Positions 62,982 to 64,000 of a DNA stretch of 64,000 nucleotides are shown one piece after another (within the stretch, counting starts at the first letter, position 1; the number at the start of each line of letters is the position of its first letter). This DNA comes from Magnetovibrio sp. (GTDB lineage: Bacteria; Pseudomonadota; Alphaproteobacteria; Rhodospirillales; Magnetovibrionaceae), in contig NZ_DATCTF010000006.1 of NCBI RefSeq assembly GCF_036568125.1, positions 44,082-108,081 of the forward strand, given 5' to 3'. The translations under genes and the position numbers were made by a program. A model generated the notes under the pieces. That model was not told the origin of the DNA and did no database searches. It worked only from the letters and a program-made list of their open reading frames with translations.

Positions 62982-63880
62982 TGCCGTCGTTGATGCGTGA
63001 TCTGGGGCTGTTGATCGTCTTGGCGACGATCTGGAGCTCTTCGTTCACAGTCATCAAGGTCGGCGTCGAAGTCATCCCCCCGGTAACGCTGACGATGATC
63101 CGCATCGTCGTTGCTGCGGGGGTGTTGTATGCGTGGTTGAAGGCCAAGGGCCAGAGCCTGCCGAGCGAACCGCGGGTGTGGTGGTCGTTTTTTCTCATCG
63201 GCTGTTTCGGCAACGCCTTTCCGTTCACCATGATCAATTGGGGCGAGCAGGTGATCCCGTCGGGACTGGCGGCGATCATGATCGCGTCGATGCCGCTGGC
63301 GGCGTTGTTGTTGGGACGCATTTTTTCCGACGAGGAACTCAATGTGCGCCGTCTGACGGGCGTGCTGGTGGGGTTCGGGGGCGTGGTTTATCTCATCGGG
63401 CCCCAGGAACTGATGGCGCTGGGGGAACAAGCCTTGCGCCAGTTGGCGGTTGCGCTGGCGGCGGTGTTGTACGCGGTGTCGGGCATTTTGGTGCGCAAGC
63501 TGCCCAAAGCCAGCCCACTGGAGCACGGCACGGGGGTGTTGATCGCGTCGTCGGTGATCTTGATCCCCGCATCCTTGTTCGGCGATCAGCCGTGGACCAT
63601 CGACTTCACGGCCGACGCGCTGGCGGCGGGTGTATATCTGGGGGTGCTGCCGACCGCGCTGGCGACCATCATCTTGATGACGGTGATTGCGTCGCGCGGG
63701 GTGACGTTCCTGGCCTTGAACAATTACCTGATCCCCATCTTAGGCGTTATGTGGGGGGCGCTGTTTTTGGACGAAGCCGTCAGCAGCGATGCCATCGTCG
63801 CGCTGACGTTGATCTTTGTGGGCATCGCGATTGCCGGGATAGGCCCCGCGACCCGTGTCGAGGCCACCCGCGCCGTTTAA
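62981..63880 (+). CDS. DMT-superfamily (EamA-like) transporter
   Basis: Ten TM segments in two EamA-like halves (IWSSSFTVIKVG..., ALNNYLIPILGVMWGALFLDE). The ATG overlaps the upstream stop (TAATG). Confidence 0.8.
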   Translation: MPSLMRDLGLLIVLATIWSSSFTVIKVGVEVIPPVTLTMIRIVVAAGVLYAWLKAKGQSLPSEPRVWWSFFLIGCFGNAFPFTMINWGEQVIPSGLAAIMIASMPLAALLLGRIFSDEELNVRRLTGVLVGFGGVVYLIGPQELMALGEQALRQLAVALAAVLYAVSGILVRKLPKASPLEHGTGVLIASSVILIPASLFGDQPWTIDFTADALAAGVYLGVLPTALATIILMTVIASRGVTFLALNNYLIPILGVMWGALFLDEAVSSDAIVALTLIFVGIAIAGIGPATRVEATRAV

Positions 63881-64000
63881 CCGTAGAGCGCTTCGAGGGC
63901 TTGACCGTAAATCTCTTTGATTTTGTGGCGGCGCACCTTGAGGGTCGGGGTCATCTGCGCGTTGTCGATGGTGAACGGCTCCGTGGCGACGATGAATTTG
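63877..64000 (-). CDS. C-terminal fragment of an AMP-dependent acyl-CoA synthetase/ligase (partial, continues beyond the window)
   Basis: Hand translation gives ...KFIVATEPFTIDNAQMTPTLKVRRHKIKEIYGQALEALYG*, a typical long-chain acyl-CoA ligase tail. Confidence 0.55.
   Translation of the reverse strand, partial: KFIVATEPFTIDNAQMTPTLKVRRHKIKEIYGQALEALYG

Overview
High-GC alphaproteobacterial chromosome segment. FlaF/FlbT/FliX, a one-Cys DksA and GAAC-N7-GAAC SOS boxes support that placement. A split flagellar and motility supercluster occupies about nt 1-45,500. Block 1 (minus strand) holds pseudaminic-acid-type sugar genes, flbT, an unknown 289-aa gene, flaF, flgL, flgK, a flgN-like gene, a flgJ-like gene, flgI and flgE. 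Block 2 holds fliX and dksA, then flgHAGF divergent from fliL, fliM, two unknowns, cheY, cheZ, two MotB-like genes and a 1136-aa periplasmic helical-repeat protein. Block 3 holds fliPO plus a stand-alone FlhB-C-domain gene, divergent from flgBC, fliE, fliQR, flhB and a CckA-like hybrid kinase. The blocks are separated by a Fur-box-controlled Fe(3+) ABC transporter and by speD-speE-hsp20. The right third is mostly housekeeping: a CZB-type soluble chemoreceptor, recA, alaS, an AraC/MFS pair, an orphan solute-binding protein next to a kinase and receiver, two tandem cyclophilins, a second CheZ-like gene, pyk and two transporters. I found no rRNA, tRNA, CRISPR array or mobile element. No flagellin, fliD, fliS, fliF/G/H/I/J/N, flhA, motA, flgD or fliK is recognisable in the window. 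The most interesting leads are these. (1) A stator-side module: a degenerate MotB paralog, motB, and a translationally coupled 1136-aa secreted protein, with a MotE-like gene but no MotC. (2) A 289-aa helical protein sitting between flaF and flbT, where a flagellin would be expected. (3) A module of about 100 aa shared by the hook protein FlgE (two tandem copies) and the junction protein FlgL. (4) A recurring GGCAR-N3-YTGCC dyad 60-105 bp upstream of three sigma54-type promoters. All functional calls rest on motif recognition by eye. No database or HMM search was run.
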